The position numbers and the translations under genes were made by a program. Positions 56,413-64,000 of a stretch of DNA of 64,000 nt are shown here, piece by piece (within the stretch, counting starts at the first letter, position 1; each line of letters starts with the position of its first letter). The DNA lies in the NCBI GenBank assembly GCA_934102355.1, contig CAKOSO010000001.1:7695-71694 (forward strand). The letters run 5' to 3'. Under the pieces are notes generated by a model that saw only the letters and a list, made by a program, of their open reading frames with translations, searched no databases and was not told the DNA's origin. Source of the stretch: an uncultured Bacilli bacterium. Its GTDB lineage: Bacteria > Bacillota_I > Bacilli_A > RF39 > UBA660.

Positions 56413-56433
56413 ATAAAAAAAGGCCAAATGCCT

Positions 56434-56529
56434 TTATCTTAAAAGATATATAGCTACACTTGCAACAGCAGAACCAATCATTGCTATAAGCATTAATATA
56501 ACTACTAACTTTGTTACTTTCTTATTCAT
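56434..56529 (-). CDS. Untracked 31-aa hydrophobic peptide (small membrane peptide, possibly type I toxin-like)
   Basis: The minus strand reads GGAGGTAAAC-ATG then MNKKVTKLVVILMLIAMIGSAVASVAIYLLR*. A hairpin aaggc-atttg-gcctt and a T-run follow immediately on the minus strand. Confidence 0.4.
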   Translation of the reverse strand: MNKKVTKLVVILMLIAMIGSAVASVAIYLLR

Positions 56530-56631
56530 GTTTACCTCCGAACTGTATTAATTATATCATATTATAGAATTTTGTCATATAAAAAACTTAATATTCTTTC
56601 ATTCCCATTAATATTATTTAGTGGTGATAAT

Positions 56632-57279
56632 ATGAGAATGAAACTTAAAAGTCCTAGATTTAAATTTAAAAAAATAGATTTTAAAAAATATTTAAATTAT
56701 AAGACTTTTTTTATATTTCTTGTATTCTTCTTTATTGTAGCTTTTATATATGGAATTATATCATTCACCACTTTAAATGATGGTGACAAAGCAGCAGCTT
56801 TATTGAAAGTAAAAAATTATTTCACTATACCTAATTCTTATAATTATTTTAAACTTTTTAAAAGCGATATCCTATCTAATACCTTTAATGTATTTATTAT
56901 GTGGATTTTAGGTATAAGCGCTATAGGACTTATAGTATTATTATTTCTATTTTTTTCAGAAGGATTTAGTGTTGGGTTTACTATATCATCTATTATTTAT
57001 ACTTTTAAATATAAAGGAGTCGGTCTTTCATTAGTTTATTTAATTCCAGTTAAAATACTATATATCCTAATCATGTTTTTGATAACATTTTTTGCTTGTA
57101 AATTCAGTTATAAATTAATTATGCATATATTTTTTAAAAAAGAGATGGATCTAAATGAAGTTTATAAAAGATACTTTAAAATATTTATCTTATCTTTTAT
57201 ATTTATTATTTTATATAGCTTTCTAAATATATTTTTATCTCCTTTTTTAATAAAAACTTTTACTTTTTTGACAAAATAA
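56632..57279 (+). CDS. spoIIM: SpoIIM-like (DUF95 family) polytopic membrane protein
   Basis: The RBS GGTGAT precedes the ATG at 56632. There are ~5 TM segments, and the size (215 aa) and hydropathy pattern match SpoIIM. The sporulation context is spoIVB upstream. A CATATAAA sigmaE-like -10 sits at 56576. Confidence 0.55.
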   Translation: MRMKLKSPRFKFKKIDFKKYLNYKTFFIFLVFFFIVAFIYGIISFTTLNDGDKAAALLKVKNYFTIPNSYNYFKLFKSDILSNTFNVFIMWILGISAIGLIVLLFLFFSEGFSVGFTISSIIYTFKYKGVGLSLVYLIPVKILYILIMFLITFFACKFSYKLIMHIFFKKEMDLNEVYKRYFKIFILSFIFIILYSFLNIFLSPFLIKTFTFLTK

Positions 57280-57302
57280 GTTATAATTAGCTTGGTGATT
57301 TT

Positions 57303-58412
57303 ATGGAGAAAGTTATTATTGGTATGTCAGGTGGAGTAGATTCCTCTGTTGCTGCAATATTACTTAAAAACCAAGGATATAATGTTGAAGGTTTATTCAT
57401 GCGTAACTGGGATAGTTTAATTAATAACGATATTAAAGGTAATGACACTTTAAATAATAATATATGTACACAAGAACAAGATTACAATGATGCTTTAGAA
57501 GTATGTAATAAAATTGGAATTAAACTTCACAGAATTGATTTTGTAAAAGAATATTGGGATTATGTCTTTACATACTTTTTAGATGAATTAAAAAAAGGTA
57601 GAACTCCTAATCCTGATGTAATGTGTAATAAATATATTAAGTTCGATCTATTCGTAAAAGAAGCTAAAAGATTAGGAGCTAAATATATTGCTACAGGTCA
57701 CTATGCTAGATTAATTAATGGAAATTTATATAAAGCACTTGATGAAAATAAAGATCAAAGTTATTTCTTGGCGCAACTTAGTAATAAACAACTTGAAAAT
57801 GTTTTATTTCCAATTGGAGACTTAGCAAAACCCGAAGTAAGAAAAATAGCATTAGAAAATGATTTAATTACTGCCAAGAAAAAAGATTCAACTGGTATAT
57901 GTTTTATTGGGGAAAGACATTTTAGAGAATTTTTAGAAAACTACTTACCTAATAAAGAAGGAGATATAGTTGATATTGATACAGGAAAAGTAATCGGCCA
58001 CCATATAGGTCTTATGTATTATACTATAGGTCAAAGAAGAGGACTTGACATCGGAGGAAATGATTTACGTCAATTTGTAGTAGGTAAAAACTTAGAAAAA
58101 AACGTATTATACACAGCCTTTGGTGAAGATAATAAATATTTATATAGTGATAGTTGTATTATTGATACATTAAATTTAAATACTGATGAAAAAATTAAGG
58201 AATGTTATGCAAAATTTAGATATAGAAGCAAAGATGTAAAAGTCACTTTAGAATATATAAATGATAATGAAATTTTAGTAAGATATGACAACGTAAAGTC
58301 AGTGACTCCTGGACAATTATGTGCTTTATATGCTTCTGATGGTAGATGCTATGGAAGTGGTATTATTAAAGAAGTAAGAAAAGATAATAAAAAACTTTGG
58401 TATTTATTATAA
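57303..58412 (+). CDS. mnmA: tRNA-specific 2-thiouridylase MnmA
   Basis: PP-loop IGMSGGVDSSVAA and the catalytic Cys context CFIGERHF. ~365 aa. RBS TGGTGAT. Confidence 0.9.
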   Translation: MEKVIIGMSGGVDSSVAAILLKNQGYNVEGLFMRNWDSLINNDIKGNDTLNNNICTQEQDYNDALEVCNKIGIKLHRIDFVKEYWDYVFTYFLDELKKGRTPNPDVMCNKYIKFDLFVKEAKRLGAKYIATGHYARLINGNLYKALDENKDQSYFLAQLSNKQLENVLFPIGDLAKPEVRKIALENDLITAKKKDSTGICFIGERHFREFLENYLPNKEGDIVDIDTGKVIGHHIGLMYYTIGQRRGLDIGGNDLRQFVVGKNLEKNVLYTAFGEDNKYLYSDSCIIDTLNLNTDEKIKECYAKFRYRSKDVKVTLEYINDNEILVRYDNVKSVTPGQLCALYASDGRCYGSGIIKEVRKDNKKLWYLL

Positions 58413-58440
58413 GATAGAATTATCTATCTTTTTTTATTTT
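58411..58440 (+). terminator. mnmA terminator
   Basis: Stem aagataga-atta-tctatctt followed by a T7 run. Confidence 0.5.
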
Positions 58441-58510
58441 ATTTACTTGTCAATACTTGACATATTTTACATAAATGATAAAATTAAATTACATGGTAGG
58501 AGATGATTTT

Positions 58511-59275
58511 ATGAAAGAAGTAAACAGAATTATTAATGAAAGTGGAGTATCAAAAGTTAAAATCGCTAAATATTTAGGAGTATCAAGACAAATGCTTTAT
58601 AATTATTTATCATTAAAAAGCTTTAATGATCTTCCAAAAGAAAAACAAAACAAATTACTTTCTTTATTTAAAGTTTCTAGTAGTAAAGAACTTGCATCAG
58701 TAAAGGTAGATGATGCTTTTATTGAAGGACTAGAGAATGATATCAACACTGTAATGCTTGGCTCTATTAACAAAGAAAGCATTGCTAATTTAAAGGGATT
58801 AAATAAAAAAGAACAAGAACTTCTTACTGATATATTTAATTTATTAAAAGAAAAAATAGTAGAAAAACAAGATAATGCATATATTACTCTTAAATACTTA
58901 TATCATTATTTACAAGCTATGGAACAAGTTCCAGAACTTAAATACATACTTGCATATGTGTCTAAATCTAATGTAATGACTCCAGTTATGGAATTTGCTT
59001 ATGATGAAGATAAACAATATACTTTTGAGGGTATTTTATATACTGCTATGACTTTATACACTAATGGTAGTGCTAGTAAATCTAAGGTTTCTGAATCACA
59101 TAAAAAATGGGAAAAAAGTATTAACTCTAAAAAAGAAGATGCACTATCCAGAACTCAAGAATTAAATTCATTTAAAAATCTTGCTTTAAGTGAACTTGGT
59201 TATACTGCTATAAATGAATCTAATGCAAAAGAAGTATTTGAAAAAATTGCAGAAATCATGTCAAGAAAGTTCTAG
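58511..59275 (+). CDS. HTH-domain protein (XRE-like N-terminal helix-turn-helix), putative regulator
   Basis: The RBS GGTAGGAG precedes the ATG at 58511. HTH motif SKVKIAKYLGVSRQMLYNYL. A sigmaA-like TTGACA...TAAAAT element sits upstream at 58466. Its stop abuts the alr start. Confidence 0.5.
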   Translation: MKEVNRIINESGVSKVKIAKYLGVSRQMLYNYLSLKSFNDLPKEKQNKLLSLFKVSSSKELASVKVDDAFIEGLENDINTVMLGSINKESIANLKGLNKKEQELLTDIFNLLKEKIVEKQDNAYITLKYLYHYLQAMEQVPELKYILAYVSKSNVMTPVMEFAYDEDKQYTFEGILYTAMTLYTNGSASKSKVSESHKKWEKSINSKKEDALSRTQELNSFKNLALSELGYTAINESNAKEVFEKIAEIMSRKF

Positions 59276-60487
59276 GTGATTAATTTGTATAGGAAAACTT
59301 ATAAAGAAATTAATTTAGATAATCTTTCTTTTAACGTACACAATATATTAAAAAAATATAATAATTATAAATACTATATTGGTATGGTAAAAGCTGATGC
59401 TTATGGACATGGAATGTATATCGTTAATACACTTATTAAAGCTGGTATTAATTATTTAGCAGTAAGTTCTATTAATGAAGCAATGGATATCAGAAAATAT
59501 AACAAAGAAATTCCAATTTTATGCACTGAGGTTATTGAATATGACCTTATTTCTTTGGCAGAAGAAAATAATATTACTATTACTGTTACCAATTTAGATT
59601 ATATTAAAAACATAGTAAAAAATATAAAAACAAAATTAACTATACATATTAAAATTGATTCTGGTATGAATAGACTTGGTGTTAAAGATAAAGAATCATT
59701 TAATGATATGTACAACTATATAAATAAAAATTCAAAATTATATCTTGAAGGAATATATACTCATTTTGCTACTACAGGTTTACATGATAAGTATTATGAT
59801 TATCAAGTAGAAAACTTTAAAAATATTACTAGTGATATAAATATTCTAGATATTCCAATTGTACACCTTAGTAGTAGTGTTATAGTACTTGCTCATCCAA
59901 AACTTGATTTTTGTAATGCAATTAGAATTGGTACAATTATGTATGGATATGATATTGCACCAAGATCATACGGCAGAGGCCTAAAAGATACACTTAGAAA
60001 GATAAGAGATTCATACTATATTAAAAAATACAATATTAGTAAAACTTATAAAGATGTCATAATTCCATTAAAACCAGCCTTAAAAATAAAGACTAACGTT
60101 ATTGAAATTAAAGACGTAAAATGTGGTGAATTTATCGGATATGGTGCATCTTTTATAGCACCAAAAGATATGAGAATTGCTATTCTTCCAATCGGATATC
60201 ATGACGGTATTGGAACAAATTGTGATTCTAGATATGTCATTATTAATGGTAATAGATATAAAACTGTTGGCAGTTTATCAATGTGTATGATGACTGTACT
60301 TATTGATGATAAAGTTTCACTATTTGATTCAGTTACAATTTTAGGTGATGGTATAACTTTAGGAATGATAAGCAGAATAAATAATACAGATATACATGAT
60401 ACACTTGCTAATATAGGCAAAAATTTAGATAGAGTTTATATATTAAATGAAAAAGGTAGAAAGAAGGAAATAGAAATATGTCAGTAA
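59276..60487 (+). CDS. alr: Alanine racemase
   Basis: PLP-lysine motif VKADAYGHG and N-terminal YRKTYKEINLDNLSFNV. ~400 aa. GTG start directly after the upstream stop. Confidence 0.85.
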   Translation: MINLYRKTYKEINLDNLSFNVHNILKKYNNYKYYIGMVKADAYGHGMYIVNTLIKAGINYLAVSSINEAMDIRKYNKEIPILCTEVIEYDLISLAEENNITITVTNLDYIKNIVKNIKTKLTIHIKIDSGMNRLGVKDKESFNDMYNYINKNSKLYLEGIYTHFATTGLHDKYYDYQVENFKNITSDINILDIPIVHLSSSVIVLAHPKLDFCNAIRIGTIMYGYDIAPRSYGRGLKDTLRKIRDSYYIKKYNISKTYKDVIIPLKPALKIKTNVIEIKDVKCGEFIGYGASFIAPKDMRIAILPIGYHDGIGTNCDSRYVIINGNRYKTVGSLSMCMMTVLIDDKVSLFDSVTILGDGITLGMISRINNTDIHDTLANIGKNLDRVYILNEKGRKKEIEICQ

Positions 60488-61497
60488 AAAGTATGATGGT
60501 TGCTAAAATCAAAGAGATCAATTACGATAAATTAAATAAATTAGCTTCTGATATAGCAAAAAGAAATGGTAAAACAAAAGGATATGTAAAAAGAGATATG
60601 TTTTGGAACTTCTTAAGATATGGTATTGGTTATACTGACTATCTTAAAGGTGATTACATAAATCTTACTAGTAAGCAAAAAAAAGGATATGTTACTACTA
60701 AGTCATATTATAAATTACTTAAATATTTAAACAAAGAAACATATATTGCTACAATGGCAGATAAACTAGTATTTAATAAGATATTTAAAGACTATCTCGG
60801 ACGTGAATTTATCGATCTTAGAACTACTTCACTAGATGACTTTAAAAAGTTCTTAAAAGGCAAAAAAACAGTCTTTGCTAAACCTCCTACAGATTTTGGT
60901 GGACATGGAATTAGAAAGATTGCTGTTAAAGACATAAAATCAGTAGAAGACTTATATAACGAATTAAAAGAAAAAGATATTAATCTTATTGAAGAAGCAA
61001 TAATTCAACATAAGGAATTAGATAAATTAAATCCATATGCAGTCAATTCTTTTAGAATTGTAACTCTTGTTAAAGATAATAAAGCATACATAGTTGGTAA
61101 TGCATTAAGAATCAATCTTGATGATGCTGTTGCTATAGGTTGCCAAGATGCTTATATGAGACTTGGTGAAGATGGGAAAATAGTTAGTAGAGTTATTGAC
61201 GATGTTGCTAATGTTTATGAAGAACATCCAATTGCTAAAATAAAATTCTCTACAGTTAAAATTCCATTTGTAAAAGAGGCATACGATATGGCACTAAAAG
61301 CTGCAATGGAAGTTCCAGAAATAAGATATGTCGGTTGGGATATTGCAATTACTGAAAACGGGCCAGTCATTATGGAAGGAAATGAATATCCAAGTTACGG
61401 ATTGGTTCAATACTATTTATTTAATGATGAACATGAAGGACATCTTGATACTATCGCTAAAATTTTAGGCGATGAGATGAAGAATATTAAACTATAG
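60478..61497 (+). CDS. ATP-grasp family ligase (sugar-transfer-associated / amidoligase-type ATP-grasp)
   Basis: ATP-grasp Gly-rich loop VFAKPPTDFGGHGIRKI and the Mg-binding E-x-N motif (VIMEGNEYPS). ~340 aa. A 10-nt overlap with alr. Confidence 0.6.
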   Translation: MSVKSMMVAKIKEINYDKLNKLASDIAKRNGKTKGYVKRDMFWNFLRYGIGYTDYLKGDYINLTSKQKKGYVTTKSYYKLLKYLNKETYIATMADKLVFNKIFKDYLGREFIDLRTTSLDDFKKFLKGKKTVFAKPPTDFGGHGIRKIAVKDIKSVEDLYNELKEKDINLIEEAIIQHKELDKLNPYAVNSFRIVTLVKDNKAYIVGNALRINLDDAVAIGCQDAYMRLGEDGKIVSRVIDDVANVYEEHPIAKIKFSTVKIPFVKEAYDMALKAAMEVPEIRYVGWDIAITENGPVIMEGNEYPSYGLVQYYLFNDEHEGHLDTIAKILGDEMKNIKL

Positions 61498-61504
61498 GTG
61501 TGAA

Positions 61505-63133
61505 ATGAAGAAAAACACATTTATACAAGGAACAATTATTACATCTTTATCTTTAATATTTATTAAAGTTCTAGGTGCTTTATATGTTATACCATTTTAT
61601 AAAATAATAGGGGAAGATGGCGGAACATTATATAGTTATGCCTATAATATATACAATTTATTTCTAAATATTACCTCAGTCGGTATTCCAATTGCTATAT
61701 CAATGATTATTAGCGAATACCATACTTTAAAAATGTATGATGCAAAAGAAAGAGCATATAGAGTAGGGAAAAGAACCGTTACATTACTTGCTATACTATC
61801 ATTTTTAACAATATTTATATTTGCACCTACCATTGCTAAATTCTTAATTTCTGATATATCTGGTGGCAGCAGTATTAGTGATATAGTCCTTGCTATTCGT
61901 GCTATTTCATTCTGCTTATTAATTATTCCATTCTTAAGTATTTTAAGAGGGTATTTACAAGGAAATAAATTCATCGCACCAACCTCAATAAGTCAAGTAA
62001 TTGAGCAAGTTGTTCGTATTGCCGTTGTACTTGTTGGTGCATATCTTGCAATTAGAATATTTAAATTACCAATTGCAGTAGGTGTAGCCATATCATTACT
62101 GGGAGCCTTCTTCGGAGGACTTGCAGCATTTATCTACTTAAAAATTAAAGTTATAAAAAACAAAGATCAATTTCCTACATCTAAAGAAAAAAACGATATA
62201 AGTAATAAAGCATTATTCTTTAAAATTATCAAATACTGCATTCCTTTAATCATAATCTCAGTTGTTAATGATTTATATACTATTATAGATATTAAACTTA
62301 TCATTAAAGGTTTACATATGCTTGGATATTCAGTCAAAGTAGGGGAGATTGTATCAAGTATTGTCGCAACATGGGCTCCAAAGATTTGTACAATCATAAT
62401 TACAATTGCTACTGCTCTTACTACTAATATAATTCCACACATGGTATCTAGTTTCGTTAAAAAAGATATGGAAACTACAAATAAAAGATTTAACCAAGCT
62501 ATATCAACCATGCTATATATAACTGTACCAATGGCTATATTACTATTCTTACTTGCTGATAAAGTTTACTTCTTATTCTATGGTGTTAGTGATTATGGAC
62601 CAATAATATTAAAATTTTCTGCTATTAGCCATATCTTTGTAGGAGTATGGACAATAATCAATACATGCTTACAAAGTATGAAACACTTTAAAATAATATA
62701 TATCAATTCAATTGCAGGACTTTTAACAAATGCTCTTCTAGATATCCCTCTTATATTATTATTTGATAGGGTAGGGTTCTCCCCTTTCGTTGCAGCAGTT
62801 GTTTCAACTTGTATAGGTTGTATAGTATCAATTACAATAGTATTAATTTATTTACATAAAAAAGAAAAATTTAATTACAAATTTATTCTAAGTATATTTG
62901 GCAAATTATTAATTCCAAGTTTAGCAATAATTTTACCAGTTGCAATTTGTAATCATTTTATAAAATTTGATTATAATTACATAAATGTTATTTTATCTTT
63001 ATGTATATATGGATTATATGGAGTATTAGTTTATGCCATTTTAACCTATAAGAATAAATTAATAGATAATGTATTCGGTGAAGATGCAATTAATAAAATA
63101 ATTAGTAAATTCAAGAAAAAAAAGACTTCATAA
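61505..63133 (+). CDS. MOP-superfamily flippase (MurJ/SpoVB/Wzx-like polysaccharide biosynthesis protein)
   Basis: 14-TM-like profile. Conserved N-terminus IQGTIITSLSLIFIKVLGALYVIPFYKIIGEDGGTLYSYAYNIY. It starts 7 nt after the ATP-grasp gene. RBS AGGTG. Confidence 0.75.
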   Translation: MKKNTFIQGTIITSLSLIFIKVLGALYVIPFYKIIGEDGGTLYSYAYNIYNLFLNITSVGIPIAISMIISEYHTLKMYDAKERAYRVGKRTVTLLAILSFLTIFIFAPTIAKFLISDISGGSSISDIVLAIRAISFCLLIIPFLSILRGYLQGNKFIAPTSISQVIEQVVRIAVVLVGAYLAIRIFKLPIAVGVAISLLGAFFGGLAAFIYLKIKVIKNKDQFPTSKEKNDISNKALFFKIIKYCIPLIIISVVNDLYTIIDIKLIIKGLHMLGYSVKVGEIVSSIVATWAPKICTIIITIATALTTNIIPHMVSSFVKKDMETTNKRFNQAISTMLYITVPMAILLFLLADKVYFLFYGVSDYGPIILKFSAISHIFVGVWTIINTCLQSMKHFKIIYINSIAGLLTNALLDIPLILLFDRVGFSPFVAAVVSTCIGCIVSITIVLIYLHKKEKFNYKFILSIFGKLLIPSLAIILPVAICNHFIKFDYNYINVILSLCIYGLYGVLVYAILTYKNKLIDNVFGEDAINKIISKFKKKKTS

Positions 63134-63325
63134 TTTAAATCGAGAATTTAAAAGATAGATAAGTGTTAAGCTCGATTTAAAATAGAAATAGATAATTTAT
63201 AAGAATTATTAAAGAAATTAAATAAAACTAAACAAAATAAAAATAGAGTAAGTTTTTAACCTTAAAACACTCTATTTTTTAATATTATACAAACTTCCTA
63301 TAATTGATATTATGTTAAGTTCCTA

Positions 63326-63766
63326 TTAAAGATATTTTATATCTGATGATGTAATAGTAAATTTAATATTATTCTCTACTACACCTGAATAAAAATAAAT
63401 TGAATATATTTTTTTATCTTCTATCTTATATTGTAATGTATAATTTAATTTATTTTCTTTTTTAATTATATTTGTATTATTATCATAGATATTATTTAAT
63501 AATAATTGATTGTCATAAAACTTAAAGTTATTATCCGGATCAATTGTTATAGTAGATCCCCTATTGTTTTCTATTTCAAATATAAATTCAATAACATCTT
63601 GTTCTTTATAAACTTCTTTTAATGTAATATTAATATTATCTATAGTAGCTTGTTCGTTTATATTATATTCAGTTTTTAAAATCTTTGGAGAAATATTATC
63701 TTTTTTACAAGCTACAAGAAGTAGGGTAAGTGGGATTATAAATATTAGATTTAATATTTTTTTCAA
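63326..63766 (-). CDS. Lipoprotein (hypothetical)
   Basis: Lipobox LLVACK. TTG start with RBS GGGGAG. 146 aa. Confidence 0.5.
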   Translation of the reverse strand: MKKILNLIFIIPLTLLLVACKKDNISPKILKTEYNINEQATIDNINITLKEVYKEQDVIEFIFEIENNRGSTITIDPDNNFKFYDNQLLLNNIYDNNTNIIKKENKLNYTLQYKIEDKKIYSIYFYSGVVENNIKFTITSSDIKYL

Positions 63767-63785
63767 ATTTTTCTCCCCTTCCCTT

Positions 63786-64000
63786 TTATTTTAATTTATC
63801 TAAAAAGCTTGTTCCAATTTCTGGCTTTTCTACACCAAAGTTATCTGCAATTGTTGCACCAATATCAGCAAATGTTTCAAGAATTGGTAATATTTTAGGT
63901 TCTTTAAATAGTCTATTATAAATTATTACTGGAACATTTTCTCTTGTGTGATCACTACCTTTATAAGTTGGATCATTTCCATGATCTGCTGTAATAATTA
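63786..64000 (-). CDS. deoB: Phosphopentomutase, C-terminal fragment (the 5' part lies beyond the window)
   Basis: The reverse complement translates to ...[27 protein letters not shown]...[28 protein letters not shown]. This is a DeoB C-terminal signature. Confidence 0.75.
   Translation of the reverse strand, partial: IITADHGNDPTYKGSDHTRENVPVIIYNRLFKEPKILPILETFADIGATIADNFGVEKPEIGTSFLDKLK

Noticed and set aside
61642-62511. Minus-strand ORFs of 110 and 114 aa inside the flippase gene
   Set aside because: They are antisense to a multi-TM CDS and give hydrophobic mirror translations.
1-64000. CRISPR arrays, IS elements, prophage or classical defence systems
   Set aside because: No regularly spaced direct repeats, cas genes, transposase or integrase ORFs, or restriction-modification motifs were seen anywhere in the window.

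Overview
This 64 kb window is AT-rich (roughly 25-30% GC by eye) and reads as chromosome from a low-GC Firmicutes (Clostridia-like) endospore former. Most Shine-Dalgarno sites are GGTGAT/AGGAGG, TTG/GTG starts are used, and nearly every gene ends in a clear rho-independent terminator. Most of the window is core housekeeping:

- DNA repair and tRNA modification: mutL, miaA, dinB, recD2, xseAB, mnmA.
- Sporulation genes in conserved order: rpsT(-), gpr, spoIIP, a yqxA-like gene, fmt, later spoIVB and spoIIM.
- Heat-shock operon hrcA-grpE-dnaK-pepF-dnaJ, with a consensus sigmaA promoter and a CIRCE operator upstream of hrcA.
- A lemA/DUF2207 pair and a tRNA-Lys(CTT).
- Ribosomal cluster rplU-prp-rpmA with a candidate L21 leader, then tex, an AI-2E transporter and cmk.
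- Aminoacyl-tRNA synthetases: a short 583-aa alaS-like gene, a T-box-regulated aspS, and hisS; also nusB.
- A partial deoB at the right edge.

The non-core content is:

1. A convergent pair at the left edge: the C-terminus of an NPSTG-anchored surface protein and a class B sortase.
2. A sigmaA-promoted three-gene secreted/membrane module (about 3.6-5.4 kb) with two paralogous flanking genes and an internal attenuator. It sits next to a Tyr/Pro/Cys-rich small protein that carries a sigmaK-like promoter.
3. An atypical kinase-like gene inserted between mutL and miaA.
4. A roughly 10 kb cell-surface block downstream of tRNA-Lys (24.2-34.5 kb):
   - a membrane-anchored CHAP hydrolase with a long disordered, Lys-rich N-terminus;
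   - two lipoproteins and a D-alanyl-D-alanine carboxypeptidase;
   - two paralogous giant CnaB/SpaA-type adhesins, one with a vWA domain, that share a conserved non-canonical C-terminal anchor (KVPATAS, a TM segment, then basic residues).
5. A NahK-like anomeric sugar kinase.
6. A HisRS with a C-terminal tail holding 9 Cys in 26 residues.
7. A MOP flippase and LCP pair.
8. A tight HTH-alr-ATP-grasp-flippase operon that suggests a D-Ala-dependent envelope modification pathway.
9. Two small, untracked membrane-peptide genes.

No CRISPR array, transposase, integrase or phage genes were seen.
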